Origin: Deltaproteobacteria bacterium | Lineage (GTDB): Bacteria > Desulfobacterota > Desulfuromonadia > Geobacterales > JAJYBI01 | DNA: 64,000 nt | Assembly (NCBI GenBank): GCA_021779095.1 | Contig: JAJYBI010000004.1 | Coordinates: 47,784 to 111,783, forward strand | Direction of reading: 5' to 3' | In this document: piece after piece, positions 1 to 9,284 of the stretch | Position numbering within the stretch: the stretch's first letter is position 1 | How the letters are laid out: each line of letters opens with the position of its first letter | Position numbers and translations under genes: made by a program | Notes under the pieces: model-generated | What the model was told of the DNA's origin: nothing | What the model saw: only the letters and a program-made list of their open reading frames with translations | The model's database searches: none

Positions 1-1
1 C

Positions 2-2620
2 CTGGGGGGCTGCACCAATCTCTATTGCCACTCTCCCGGCGACCGGAACACCAGCACCTACAATGCGCCGAACCAGGCCGCCAACTGGGGTGGTTCCTCC
101 CTTGCCTGTAACGGCTGCCACAAGTATGACGTTGCCTCCGGCGATCCGATCGTGACCCCGGCGGCCGGCTTCGGCCATACCAAGCATGTGAACTCCACCA
201 TTACCACCAAGATCGCCTGCTACAAGTGTCACTCCGGTACAGTGAACAGCGCCGGCGTCATCATCAACAAGGCAAACCACGTCGATAACGTCAACAAGCA
301 GGTGACCATCAAGTTTGCCAATACCACGTCCGCCGCAGCCGGTCTCTACAAGGGACAGGCGGCGGCAACGGTCGCCTTCAAGACGGCGGCCGGTTCCTAC
401 GGTTCCTGTACGAATGTCTACTGTCACAGCGACGGTACGAAGGCGACGGCACCGTTCACCAACATGTCCACCCCTAAGTGGGGTTCCGCGCTGGCCGGCA
501 ACTGTGCCGGCTGTCACGGCGGCAACGGGACGACCGTGAAGAAGATGGCCACCGGTTCCCACACCAAGCATATTGCGGGCGGCGGCGCTGCCGGTTACAC
601 GCTGGGTTGTGTGGAGTGCCACAGTGCAACCGTCTCTAACGATACGACCATCTCAAACCCCGCCAACCACCTGAACTATGCGATCAACGTCGTACTGAAC
701 AGCGGCGGTACGTACAGTGCCAACGGGCATCAGCCCGGAGGGGCGGTCGGTACCTGTTCGGCCACCTTCTGTCATTCCAACGGGGCGGGTACCTATACGA
801 CCCCGACCTGGGGCAATGCCGCCACCGGCGCCTGCGGTAGCTGCCACGGCGTCGTGGCGGGCACGCCCCCGGCATCCGCCTCCCATACGAAGCACGTCGG
901 CACGGCTTACAACTACCTCTTCTCATGCGCCACCTGCCACGTACGGGTTGTCAAGAATACGACGAACTCCACAATCCAGGCGACCATGTCGTCGGCCAAG
1001 CTGCACATCACCGGTACCCACAGCGTGAATTTCAATACCGCCGTTACCCTGGCCGGTGCCTACACCACCGCCACCAAAACCTGTACGAACATCTACTGTC
1101 ATAGCAACGGTACGGTTACAGCCGGGTCGACTTTCACTGCCATCTCCACTGCGACCTGGGGCCGGTCGAACACCGCCGGTTGCGGCGGCTGCCACAGCTA
1201 TCCTCCGGCATACGCCAACGGCAGCCCCAAGGCGAACAGCCATGCCAAGCATGCGTCGTTCACCTGCAACAACTGCCACAACAACACGACCACCAACGGT
1301 ACCACCATCAGCAACACCGCAAACCATGTCAACAAGGTATACGACGTGGCTCCGGGGGGGACCACCACCTTCACGTTGAGCAATACCCCTGCCCCTGGCA
1401 CGCCGGCACAGTGCAGCAACATCAGCTGCCATGGTGGTACCGGCTCCAGCGCCACCTGGGGAGCTACTCTCAACTGTCAGGACTGCCATGGCAACGGTTC
1501 GACGGCGTCCTTCCTGACCTACAGCGCCAACTTCTGGAGCGGTACGACGCTCGCCAAGATCCAGATGACCGGTAGCGGCAGCTGGGCAACCAACGGACAC
1601 GGTCTGGCGTCAGGCACCTATCCGGGCACCAACAACCCTGCGGCGGCATTTACCGCCACCGCGGCTTGCGAATACTGTCACGATTCAACCGTCCTGCACA
1701 AGGATGGCACCAACCCGTTCCGTCTGCGCAACCAGGTCGATGCCATCTGGGGCAGGAACGGTGTCTGTCAGAGCTGCCACGCGGTCGGTTCCGCAGGGGT
1801 AACGGTTGGCGGCGTGCTCCGGAACGGTACCGTCAAGGTCGGCTCGACGCACCATGGCGCCAAGCACCTGACGGCAACCGCCGGTGGCCAGTACTGCTGG
1901 GACTGCCACAACGGCCATGGCGCCAACGGTACCAACCACGCCATGATCCGGACCGCCGTGGCGGTTACCAACGACGGCGTGTACGGCATTCCGCAGACCT
2001 TTGCCACTGTGGCCTTCACCCTGTCGGCGACACCGACCGGTACGGACTTCGTTCAGGCGACGAACGGTGCCTCGACGAAGATTTGTCAGGCCTGCCACAG
2101 CACGACCAACCACTATACGGCCACGACTTCCGACAGTCATAACATCACCTCGAACTGTATCGCCTGTCACAGCCACACCAACTCGAGTAATGTAAATGGC
2201 GCATTCGCACCTGCACAGTGCGACGCCTGCCATGGCTACCCGCCGATGCCGAGGAACGTTGCGGTGACCTTCGGCCGTATGAACAACTACACCAGCGCCA
2301 AGTTCGAGGATTACTCCGGCGGCGGCGGTGCCCACGCCACGGCGGCGCACGTGAAGCTGACCGCCAAGGCATCCGACGGATGGACCAACTGTACGCCGTG
2401 TCACTACAATCAGTCAGCGACGCACCAGATGATCACGCCGGTACGGACCCATGTGTCCAATATCAACGTGACCATCAATCCGAAGCTGCGTTTCAACAAC
2501 GTGACCTTCGGTAAGTACTCGGGTGCCAAGCTGGTCAACCCGTACGCCAACAAGACCGGCAGCTGCTACAGCGTTGCCTGTCACTTCAGTCCGTCTCCGA
2601 AGTGGAGCACCGAGAAATAG
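2..2620 (+). CDS. multihaem c-type cytochrome, 5'-truncated by window edge (Geobacter-type CX4CH...CXXCH repeat family)
   Basis: Frame 2 is open from nt 2. I count 22 haem-binding motifs in the translation: 16 CXXCH plus 6 CX4CH (CTNLYCH, CTNVYCH, CSATFCH, CTNIYCH, CSNISCH, CYSVACH). A module CX4CH..WG..CXXCH..HxKH..CXXCH..ANH recurs. A terminator follows. Confidence 0.9.
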   Translation: MGGCTNLYCHSPGDRNTSTYNAPNQAANWGGSSLACNGCHKYDVASGDPIVTPAAGFGHTKHVNSTITTKIACYKCHSGTVNSAGVIINKANHVDNVNKQVTIKFANTTSAAAGLYKGQAAATVAFKTAAGSYGSCTNVYCHSDGTKATAPFTNMSTPKWGSALAGNCAGCHGGNGTTVKKMATGSHTKHIAGGGAAGYTLGCVECHSATVSNDTTISNPANHLNYAINVVLNSGGTYSANGHQPGGAVGTCSATFCHSNGAGTYTTPTWGNAATGACGSCHGVVAGTPPASASHTKHVGTAYNYLFSCATCHVRVVKNTTNSTIQATMSSAKLHITGTHSVNFNTAVTLAGAYTTATKTCTNIYCHSNGTVTAGSTFTAISTATWGRSNTAGCGGCHSYPPAYANGSPKANSHAKHASFTCNNCHNNTTTNGTTISNTANHVNKVYDVAPGGTTTFTLSNTPAPGTPAQCSNISCHGGTGSSATWGATLNCQDCHGNGSTASFLTYSANFWSGTTLAKIQMTGSGSWATNGHGLASGTYPGTNNPAAAFTATAACEYCHDSTVLHKDGTNPFRLRNQVDAIWGRNGVCQSCHAVGSAGVTVGGVLRNGTVKVGSTHHGAKHLTATAGGQYCWDCHNGHGANGTNHAMIRTAVAVTNDGVYGIPQTFATVAFTLSATPTGTDFVQATNGASTKICQACHSTTNHYTATTSDSHNITSNCIACHSHTNSSNVNGAFAPAQCDACHGYPPMPRNVAVTFGRMNNYTSAKFEDYSGGGGAHATAAHVKLTAKASDGWTNCTPCHYNQSATHQMITPVRTHVSNINVTINPKLRFNNVTFGKYSGAKLVNPYANKTGSCYSVACHFSPSPKWSTEK

Positions 2621-2630
2621 GCAGTATAAC

Positions 2631-2652
2631 GGAGGGGGCATATGCCCCCTCC
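2631..2652. repeat. perfect GC-rich palindrome GGAGGGGGCATATGCCCCCTCC (REP-like hairpin)
   Basis: The 22-nt perfect inverted repeat was read directly. It belongs to the same CCCCTCC/GGAGGGG hairpin family seen at 57016-57038, 57098-57122 and 59160-59176. Confidence 0.6.
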
Positions 2653-2663
2653 CTGTAATGTCG

Positions 2664-2690
2664 GCCGGGCCTTGCGCCCGGCCTTTTTTT
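2664..2690 (+). terminator. intrinsic terminator after cytochrome gene
   Basis: Stem GGCCGGGC/GCCCGGCC with loop CTTG, followed by TTTTTTTA. Confidence 0.8.
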
Positions 2691-2838
2691 ATCTTGTGAG
2701 GCTCCGACATGCACTGCGGCAGGTACCGGTTGCATGGTAGATGTCACGCATGTCGGGCCGTTTCGCGCTAATAATCGTTTACACAACGCAAAAACAATGG
2801 GAATATGCATCACTTCCGGAAACGAAAAGGAGGTTGCC

Positions 2839-3210
2839 ATGACCCCGAATATGCGGGCCTGTATTGCGTTTGTCGCGGGAAGTATCGTTATGAACAAACC
2901 GTTTTCGGCGGTTTACGACCAGGCCGATGGGGGGGGGCGGAGGATGGACGGCAGGTTTGCTGCCGGCAATATCGACGTCGTCGACCAATCGGACGGCAGC
3001 ACGCTCATGGGGATGATGTCCGGACAGACCGCCTCGTTTTACCATTCGACGGCCAACTGCTCCATCTCCCTCCAGTTCAACGGGACGCAGTTCACCGGCC
3101 ACGATGGCGGGACGGGGCGGAATTTCAACGGCTCCGTCCAGAATGACGGGGTGCGGCTGTACGACTACGATGAAGGGAAGTATTTCAGCTACGTACTGGC
3201 GGCGGGTTAG
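2839..3210 (+). CDS. hypothetical protein (123 aa)
   Basis: ATG at 2839 is preceded by AAGGAGG 6 nt upstream. It is the internal Met of track ORF 2734..3210. No recognisable motif. Confidence 0.6.
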   Translation: MTPNMRACIAFVAGSIVMNKPFSAVYDQADGGGRRMDGRFAAGNIDVVDQSDGSTLMGMMSGQTASFYHSTANCSISLQFNGTQFTGHDGGTGRNFNGSVQNDGVRLYDYDEGKYFSYVLAAG

Positions 3211-3282
3211 GGCGTGAGGGTAGTACCCTGCAGGTGAGCGGCAGTGCGGTCAGGAACGGCAGGATTGCGCCATGATGTTCGG

Positions 3283-4689
3283 TCACGTGTGGGGGTAGTG
3301 TGAGGCAACCCGCTGGCTGACCCGGACGAACTGTCGGTAGGCATCTTCCGCAAGGAACGCCTCCGGCGAGCGGGTGCCGGTGGGGTGGACAAGCAGGGTC
3401 GCGTCCTGCCTCAGCTGGCCGCCGTACCCCGACAGTGTTTCGTTGACAAGCGCATGCAGCCGGTTGCGCTCCCGGCGGAGCAGGCCCCCGTCGAACTCGC
3501 GGAACGGCAGAGAGGATTCGGACTGGAGATCGCCGGTGAGCCCGAAATGCATGAACTTCACCTGGGGTTCATGACCGGCTGCATCGGGCCGGAAGACGAA
3601 CAGAGACTGCCGCGCAGCATCCTGCAGGACGAGCCGCGCCGGATCGTCGTCCCCAAGGTCTCTTCCCAGGTTGTAGACCGTCGTCAGCAGAAAATCCACG
3701 AAACAGTCTTCTTCCATGAACCCGCTGCTCCCACCGTCCGACGCTTCACAGTAGAACGCCGGCCGCTCATTCCCCATGACCGGTTTCCCGCAGAGCAGGC
3801 AATGTGGCCGAAGTCCGCTCAGGCGTGCCTGGAGTTCATCCCGCTTTCGCTGGTCTTCCGCCTCCAGCCACTGGTGGAACAGCTGCGCACGGGGTTCAAC
3901 GGTGACGGTGTATTCGTCCAGGATGGTGCGCGACAGCTGCATGAACTGGCCGTACACCTCGGTACCGCGCGCATAGCCGAAGATGGGATATACCCGTCCG
4001 TCCGGGTTGGTGTTGAGGCTTTCCACCTTGGGGCTCTTGGAGATATAGGTGTCGAGGCAGCGGTAGCCGCGGTTGATTGCATATGCCTTGAGCAGGGTCT
4101 TCTGGTCCTTGAACGGCCCGTCGAACTTGATCCGCTCATCCACCAGGCAGGGGATGAGGGTCAGGCTCTTCCGGTCGAGGCCGCGTTTGTCGAACAAGGC
4201 AAATATATTGCGGCAGTTCTCCATGCTCGCCATGTCCTTTACCGGGATAATGACCCGATCGGCTGCATAGAGGGCGTTCTCCGTCAGGATGTCCAGGTCG
4301 GGACGGGTATCGATGATGACGACACCAGGAATCTGGGACACGGCCATGAGCTGTGCCAGTACCATCGGTCCCTTGACGGTGCCCCTCAGCCTGTGGAGAT
4401 CGGTGGATGAGGGGATGAAATTCACCCCGTACTGCCCGGTATGAATCAGGTCGGCACCGGGAGCGCCGTGCAGGAGGTCGGCGACAGTGCCGCGCACCGT
4501 CTGCCCCTTGAACTCGAACATCCGGTCTACGGTGAAGTGGTTGTCGAAGGAGAAGATGGATACCGGCAGGTCCTCGTGCAACGCCTTGAGGAAGATTGCC
4601 AGGTTGGTTGCCAGGGTGGTCTTGCCGACCCCTCCCTTTTCGGAGGAGATGGTGATGACGTAGGGGAACGGATGCATGGCCGGCATCAT
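3283..4689 (-). CDS. ParA/MinD-family P-loop ATPase with ~200-aa uncharacterised C-terminal extension
   Basis: Deviant Walker A ITISSEKGGVGKTT lies right after the start MMPAMHPFPYV. This is the 3' part of the 890-aa track ORF; the upstream part of that ORF is antisense to xseA. The gene is divergent from xseA. Confidence 0.8.
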   Translation of the reverse strand: MMPAMHPFPYVITISSEKGGVGKTTLATNLAIFLKALHEDLPVSIFSFDNHFTVDRMFEFKGQTVRGTVADLLHGAPGADLIHTGQYGVNFIPSSTDLHRLRGTVKGPMVLAQLMAVSQIPGVVIIDTRPDLDILTENALYAADRVIIPVKDMASMENCRNIFALFDKRGLDRKSLTLIPCLVDERIKFDGPFKDQKTLLKAYAINRGYRCLDTYISKSPKVESLNTNPDGRVYPIFGYARGTEVYGQFMQLSRTILDEYTVTVEPRAQLFHQWLEAEDQRKRDELQARLSGLRPHCLLCGKPVMGNERPAFYCEASDGGSSGFMEEDCFVDFLLTTVYNLGRDLGDDDPARLVLQDAARQSLFVFRPDAAGHEPQVKFMHFGLTGDLQSESSLPFREFDGGLLRRERNRLHALVNETLSGYGGQLRQDATLLVHPTGTRSPEAFLAEDAYRQFVRVSQRVASHYPHT

Positions 4690-4779
4690 AATATGATTCG
4701 TCTGACCGGTCAACCGCTTTGACAGGCCGGTGCCGGTGTGGTAGAAACGTCGCGCAGTCAGATGGTTACGGAGGTTTCG

Positions 4780-6132
4780 ATGGATATTCTGGCGGAACGG
4801 CGCATCCTGAGCGTCAGTCAGTTTACGATGTTGGTGCGGGGGCTCCTGGAGGAGAACTTCGCCCATGTCTGGGTGAGCGGTGAGGTGTCCAACCTGGCGA
4901 CTCCCTCGTCCGGGCATCTCTATTTCACCCTGAAGGATGCGGGGGCCCAGCTTCGGTGCGTCATGTTCCGTGCCTCGGCCCGCGCCAGCCGGTTCCGTCT
5001 CCAGGACGGGATGGGGCTCTTGGTGCGTGGGCGGGTCTCGATCTACGACCAGCGTGGGGAATACCAGCTGATCGTGGAGTACCTGGAGCCCCAGGGTATC
5101 GGCGCCCTGCAGATGGCGTTTATTCAGCTGAAGGAGCGGTTGGCGAAAGAGGGGCTGTTCGACGAGGCCCGCAAACGATCCCTGCCTCCCTTTCCCCGGC
5201 GGGTCGGGGTGGTCACCTCGGCGACCGGCGCGGCGCTCCACGATATCCTGACGGTGCTGCGGCGGCGCAGCGCTGGGGTAGAGGTGCTCGTCTGTCCGGT
5301 GAAGGTGCAGGGGGAGGGCGCCGCCGCAGAGATTGCCGCGGCCATCGCGGACCTGAACCGTTACGGACAGATCGACGTCATGATCGTCGGGCGCGGGGGT
5401 GGCTCCATGGAGGATCTCTGGGCGTTCAACGAGGAGGTGGTAGCCCGGGCGATCCATGGGTCGAAGATACCGGTCATCTCCGCCGTGGGGCACGAGGTGG
5501 ACTTCACCATCGCCGATTTCGTCGCGGACCTGCGGGCGGCGACTCCGTCGGCGGCGGCGGAGCTGGTGGCGAAAAGCACGCTGGAGATGGGGATGGCGCT
5601 CTCGGCGCTCGTCCACCGGCTGCAGATCTCGATCCGGCAGCGGCTGGAGCGGAGCCGCAGCGACCTGCGGGGGCTGTCCCTGGCGCTGAAGGACCCGTTG
5701 CTCCTTGTGGGCCATATGGCGCAGCGAGTGGATGACCTGACCGGCCGTCTGGAGAGGACCGTGCAGACCGGCATGGCACGACGTGCCGAGCGGCTGGAGT
5801 CGGCCCGCAACCGGCTCCGGATACTGAACCCGCTTCTGACCGTGGAACGGGAACGGGAGAAGCTCGCCGCACTCCTCTCCCGTGCCGAACTGCTCCTGCA
5901 CCGGTCGCTGGTCGCCGGCCGGGAGGCTGCCGCCCTGCAGAGCGGGAAGCTCCATGCCCTATCTCCCCTGGCCACCCTGGCCCGCGGCTATGCCGTGGTC
6001 ACCATCGTCCCCGACGGCCGGGCAGTGAGGGACGGCGGGACCCTGCGGCCGGGTGACCGCCTGGATATCCGCTTTTCCCGCGGGCGTGCGGTCGCACGCG
6101 TCGAGTCCGCGGATGGCGGAGGCAATTCTTGA
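4780..6132 (+). CDS. xseA: exodeoxyribonuclease VII large subunit
   Basis: Begins MDILAERRILSVSQF... with an OB-fold N-terminus, a catalytic core and a long coiled-coil C-terminus. GGAGG lies upstream of the ATG at 4780. xseB follows immediately. Confidence 0.9.
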   Translation: MDILAERRILSVSQFTMLVRGLLEENFAHVWVSGEVSNLATPSSGHLYFTLKDAGAQLRCVMFRASARASRFRLQDGMGLLVRGRVSIYDQRGEYQLIVEYLEPQGIGALQMAFIQLKERLAKEGLFDEARKRSLPPFPRRVGVVTSATGAALHDILTVLRRRSAGVEVLVCPVKVQGEGAAAEIAAAIADLNRYGQIDVMIVGRGGGSMEDLWAFNEEVVARAIHGSKIPVISAVGHEVDFTIADFVADLRAATPSAAAELVAKSTLEMGMALSALVHRLQISIRQRLERSRSDLRGLSLALKDPLLLVGHMAQRVDDLTGRLERTVQTGMARRAERLESARNRLRILNPLLTVEREREKLAALLSRAELLLHRSLVAGREAAALQSGKLHALSPLATLARGYAVVTIVPDGRAVRDGGTLRPGDRLDIRFSRGRAVARVESADGGGNS

Positions 6133-6181
6133 CGCCTGTCGGCATTCGGTATAGTATAACACCCCATTTTACCGGAGAAGG

Positions 6182-6424
6182 ATGGTCCGCATGGCGGGAG
6201 ACAAGTTCGAGACATCGCTGAAGAAACTTGAGGAGGTCGTCCGCCGGCTGGAAAGCGGCGAGCTGTCGCTGGAGGAGTCGCTGAAGGCGTTCGAGGAGGG
6301 GGTGAAGCATGCCGGTGTGTGTGCAACCCGTCTCAACGAGGCGGAGCAGAGGGTAGAACTCCTCCTGAAGCGCAAGAACGGCGCCTTCGTACGTGAGGAG
6401 TTCCATCCGGACGAGGAATCCTGA
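6182..6424 (+). CDS. xseB: exodeoxyribonuclease VII small subunit
   Basis: 80-aa protein with FETSLKKLEEVVRRLESGELSLEESLKAFEEG, the typical XseB helix pair. It sits in the conserved xseA-xseB-ispA-dxs order. Confidence 0.9.
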   Translation: MVRMAGDKFETSLKKLEEVVRRLESGELSLEESLKAFEEGVKHAGVCATRLNEAEQRVELLLKRKNGAFVREEFHPDEES

Positions 6425-6463
6425 AACCGGCAGACCCTGCCATTTACGAAAGCGAGAACAGAA

Positions 6464-7357
6464 ATGGATCTGAAGACATATCTGAAAGAACGGTGCGCGC
6501 TGGTGGATGCCACGCTGAACGGCTACCTCCCCCCCGAGAATGAACTCCCCTCTTCCCTGCACAAGGCGATGCGCTATTCGGTATTCGCCGGCGGCAAGCG
6601 GGTACGTCCGATCCTGATGCTGGCCGCCTGCGAGGCGGTGGGCGGGGCGATCGAACAGGCGATGCCGGCGGCGTGCGCCATGGAGATGATACATACCTAT
6701 TCGCTCATCCACGACGATCTCCCCGCCATGGACGATGACGATTTCCGGCGGGGGACGCCGACGAATCACAAGGTATTCGGCGAGGCGACGGCGATCCTGG
6801 CCGGCGACGCGCTCCTGACCCAGGCGTTCATCCTGCTCGCCGATGCTGCTGCCGCAGCTGACGTGGACCCCGAGCGGCGGCTGCAGGTGATCCGTGAGAT
6901 TGCCGGCTGTGCCGGCTCCCGCGGCATGGTGGGGGGGCAGGTGGTGGACATGGAGAGCGAGGGGCAGCCGGAGATCGATCTCGCCACGGTCCAGTACATC
7001 CACACCCACAAGACCGGTGCCCTCATCAAGGCGGCGGTGAAGGCGGGGGCGATCCTCGGCGGGGCCGACGAGTCGGGAATTGCCGCCATCACCCGCTACG
7101 GCGAGGCATGCGGTCTGGCGTTCCAGGTCGCGGACGACATCCTGGACATCGAGGGGACGACGGAGGAGATCGGCAAGGACGCGGGGAGCGACCAGGCGCG
7201 GGGCAAGGCGACCTACCCGGCGGTGCTGGGGCTCGCGGAGTCGAAACGGCATGCGGCCGACCTGACGGATACGGCGATCAACGCCCTGGCACCGTTCGGC
7301 GACAAGGCCGAGCCGTTGAAGGAGATCGCCCGCTACATCGTGTACCGGAAGAACTAG
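6464..7357 (+). CDS. ispA: (2E,6E)-farnesyl diphosphate synthase / polyprenyl synthetase
   Basis: First Asp-rich motif is [17 protein letters not shown]; the second is FQVADDILD. Confidence 0.9.
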   Translation: MDLKTYLKERCALVDATLNGYLPPENELPSSLHKAMRYSVFAGGKRVRPILMLAACEAVGGAIEQAMPAACAMEMIHTYSLIHDDLPAMDDDDFRRGTPTNHKVFGEATAILAGDALLTQAFILLADAAAAADVDPERRLQVIREIAGCAGSRGMVGGQVVDMESEGQPEIDLATVQYIHTHKTGALIKAAVKAGAILGGADESGIAAITRYGEACGLAFQVADDILDIEGTTEEIGKDAGSDQARGKATYPAVLGLAESKRHAADLTDTAINALAPFGDKAEPLKEIARYIVYRKN

Positions 7358-7364
7358 AGGACCG

Positions 7365-9245
7365 TTGCCTATGGCATTTCTCGAAACGATCGAATCTCCT
7401 GCGGATCTCAGGCAGCTCGCTCCCGCCGATCTCCCCGAACTGGCGGCGGAGCTGCGCGAACTGATCATCTCGACCTGTGCGGCGAACGGCGGCCATCTGG
7501 CACCGAGCCTCGGCGTCGTGGAGCTGACCATCGCCCTGCACCGGGTGTTCAATACGCCGGAAGACCGGATCGTCTGGGATGTGGGGCACCAGGCCTATGC
7601 CCACAAGATCCTCACCGGACGGCGGGACCGGTTTTCCACCCTGCGTACCCGTGGCGGGATCAGCGGGTTCCCCAAGCGGGCCGAATCCCCGCACGACGCC
7701 TTCGATGTGGGGCATTCCTCCACCTCCATCTCCGCTGCACTGGGGTTTGCCGTGGGGCGGGACCTGCGGCAGGAACGCTCCAAGGTGGTGGCGGTCATCG
7801 GCGACGGTTCCATGACCGGCGGGATTGCCTACGAGGGGTTGAACCACGCGGGCCATCTGAACCGCGACCTCGTGGTGATCCTCAACGACAACGAGATGTC
7901 CATCGCCGAGAACGTGGGGGCGCTCTCCAGCTTTCTCAGTCGGACGATTACCAGTGAATTCGTGCACCGGGTGAAGAAGGAGACGGAACGGTTCCTGGGG
8001 GGGCTTGACGGCGTGGGTCGGAACGTGCTGAAGGTTGCCCGTCGCGCCGAGGAGTCACTCAAAGGGCTCTTCACCCCCGGCATGCTGTTCGAGGCGTTCG
8101 GTTTTGAATACGTCGGCCCCATTGATGGACACGATCTGCAGCGGCTGGAGGAGACCCTGCAGAATGTCCGGAGGTTCGACGATGCGGTACTCATCCACGT
8201 CCTGACGAAGAAAGGGAAAGGGTACGAGCCGGCGGAGAAGAATCCGGCACTGTTCCACGGCGTCGGACCGTTCGACCGGGAGACCGGCAAGATACTGAAG
8301 GGAAAGGGGGGTGCCGCATCCTACACGGCTATCTTCGGTCAGGCGATCCGCAAGCTCGCCGTCGAGGATGAGCGGATCGTCGCCATCACCGCCGCCATGC
8401 CCGACGGCACAGGGCTTTCCGGTTTTGCCGCCGATTTCCCGAAACGGTTCTTCGACGTGGGGATCGCGGAGCAGCACGGGGTGACCTTTGCGGCGGGGCT
8501 CGCCACGGAGGGGTTCCGGCCGGTGTTCGCCGTCTACTCGTCATTCCTGCAGCGTGCCTATGACCAGGTGTTTCACGACGTCTGTCTGCAGAACTTGCCG
8601 GTGACCTTCGCCATTGACCGTGCGGGCGTTGTCGGGAGCGACGGGCCGACCCACCACGGCCTGTTCGACCTCTCCTACCTGCGGCATCTTCCCAACATGA
8701 CCCTCATGGCGCCGAAGGACGAGAACGAACTGCAGCACATGCTGAAGACCGCCGTCGAACTGGGGACCCCCGTTGCGGTGCGGTATCCGCGCGGCAACGG
8801 TTACGGTGTCCCTCTGGATCAGGTTTTTCGTGCACTGCCGGTGGGAAGGGGAGAGGTGCTGAAGGAGGGGAGCGCCGGTACCCTGATCGCCATCGGCACC
8901 ATGGTCCACCCCGCGCTGGAAGCGGCTGAGACGCTTGCGGCAGAGGGGATCGATGTGGGGGTGGTGAACGCCCGCTTCGTGAAACCACTGGACCGCGAAC
9001 TGCTGACGGAACGTGCCCGACGCGGGCAGCATCTCTTTACCGTGGAAGAGAACGCACTACAGGGGGGGGTCGGTACGGCGGTCCTGGAACTCCTGGAGGA
9101 GGAAGGGATTTCCGGGGTGTCGGTGACGCGGCTCGGGTTCCCCGACCGGTACATCGAGCAGGGGGAGCAGGCTGACCTGCGGGCGATGTACGGACTCGAT
9201 GCCGCGGGGATCGCGGCGACGGTCCGGAACAAGGTCGTCAGATAA
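7365..9245 (+). CDS. dxs: 1-deoxy-D-xylulose-5-phosphate synthase
   Basis: 626 aa with [13 protein letters not shown], the TPP-binding [11 protein letters not shown] and the transketolase C-terminal region. Confidence 0.95.
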   Translation: MPMAFLETIESPADLRQLAPADLPELAAELRELIISTCAANGGHLAPSLGVVELTIALHRVFNTPEDRIVWDVGHQAYAHKILTGRRDRFSTLRTRGGISGFPKRAESPHDAFDVGHSSTSISAALGFAVGRDLRQERSKVVAVIGDGSMTGGIAYEGLNHAGHLNRDLVVILNDNEMSIAENVGALSSFLSRTITSEFVHRVKKETERFLGGLDGVGRNVLKVARRAEESLKGLFTPGMLFEAFGFEYVGPIDGHDLQRLEETLQNVRRFDDAVLIHVLTKKGKGYEPAEKNPALFHGVGPFDRETGKILKGKGGAASYTAIFGQAIRKLAVEDERIVAITAAMPDGTGLSGFAADFPKRFFDVGIAEQHGVTFAAGLATEGFRPVFAVYSSFLQRAYDQVFHDVCLQNLPVTFAIDRAGVVGSDGPTHHGLFDLSYLRHLPNMTLMAPKDENELQHMLKTAVELGTPVAVRYPRGNGYGVPLDQVFRALPVGRGEVLKEGSAGTLIAIGTMVHPALEAAETLAAEGIDVGVVNARFVKPLDRELLTERARRGQHLFTVEENALQGGVGTAVLELLEEEGISGVSVTRLGFPDRYIEQGEQADLRAMYGLDAAGIAATVRNKVVR

Positions 9246-9275
9246 CGAAAAAGCCGGGGCAACCCGGCTTTTCCC
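9246..9275. terminator. bidirectional intrinsic terminator between convergent dxs and histidine kinase genes
   Basis: GAAAAAGCCGGG-GCAA-CCCGGCTTTTCC: an A-run, a 7-bp GC stem and a T-run. Confidence 0.8.
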
Positions 9276-9284
9276 ATTTGTACG

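Noticed and set aside
3283-5955. 890-aa minus-strand ORF in the track
   Set aside because: Only the 3' 468 codons (3283-4689) look like a protein (ParA-like, with its own start). The upstream ~420 codons are antisense to a well-supported xseA and read as low-complexity Arg/Pro/Gly shadow sequence.
5999-7552. 517-aa minus-strand ORF, plus similar long antisense ORFs at 23305..25050, 14064..14996, 14926..16170, 18145..19239, 34709..35869, 39518..41002 and 41894..43540
   Set aside because: These are shadow frames opposite genes with strong family motifs (ispA/xseB, AAA_5/rubrerythrin, MoxR/VWA, lipoprotein, ccpA, transglutaminase protein). None has a recognisable motif or RBS.
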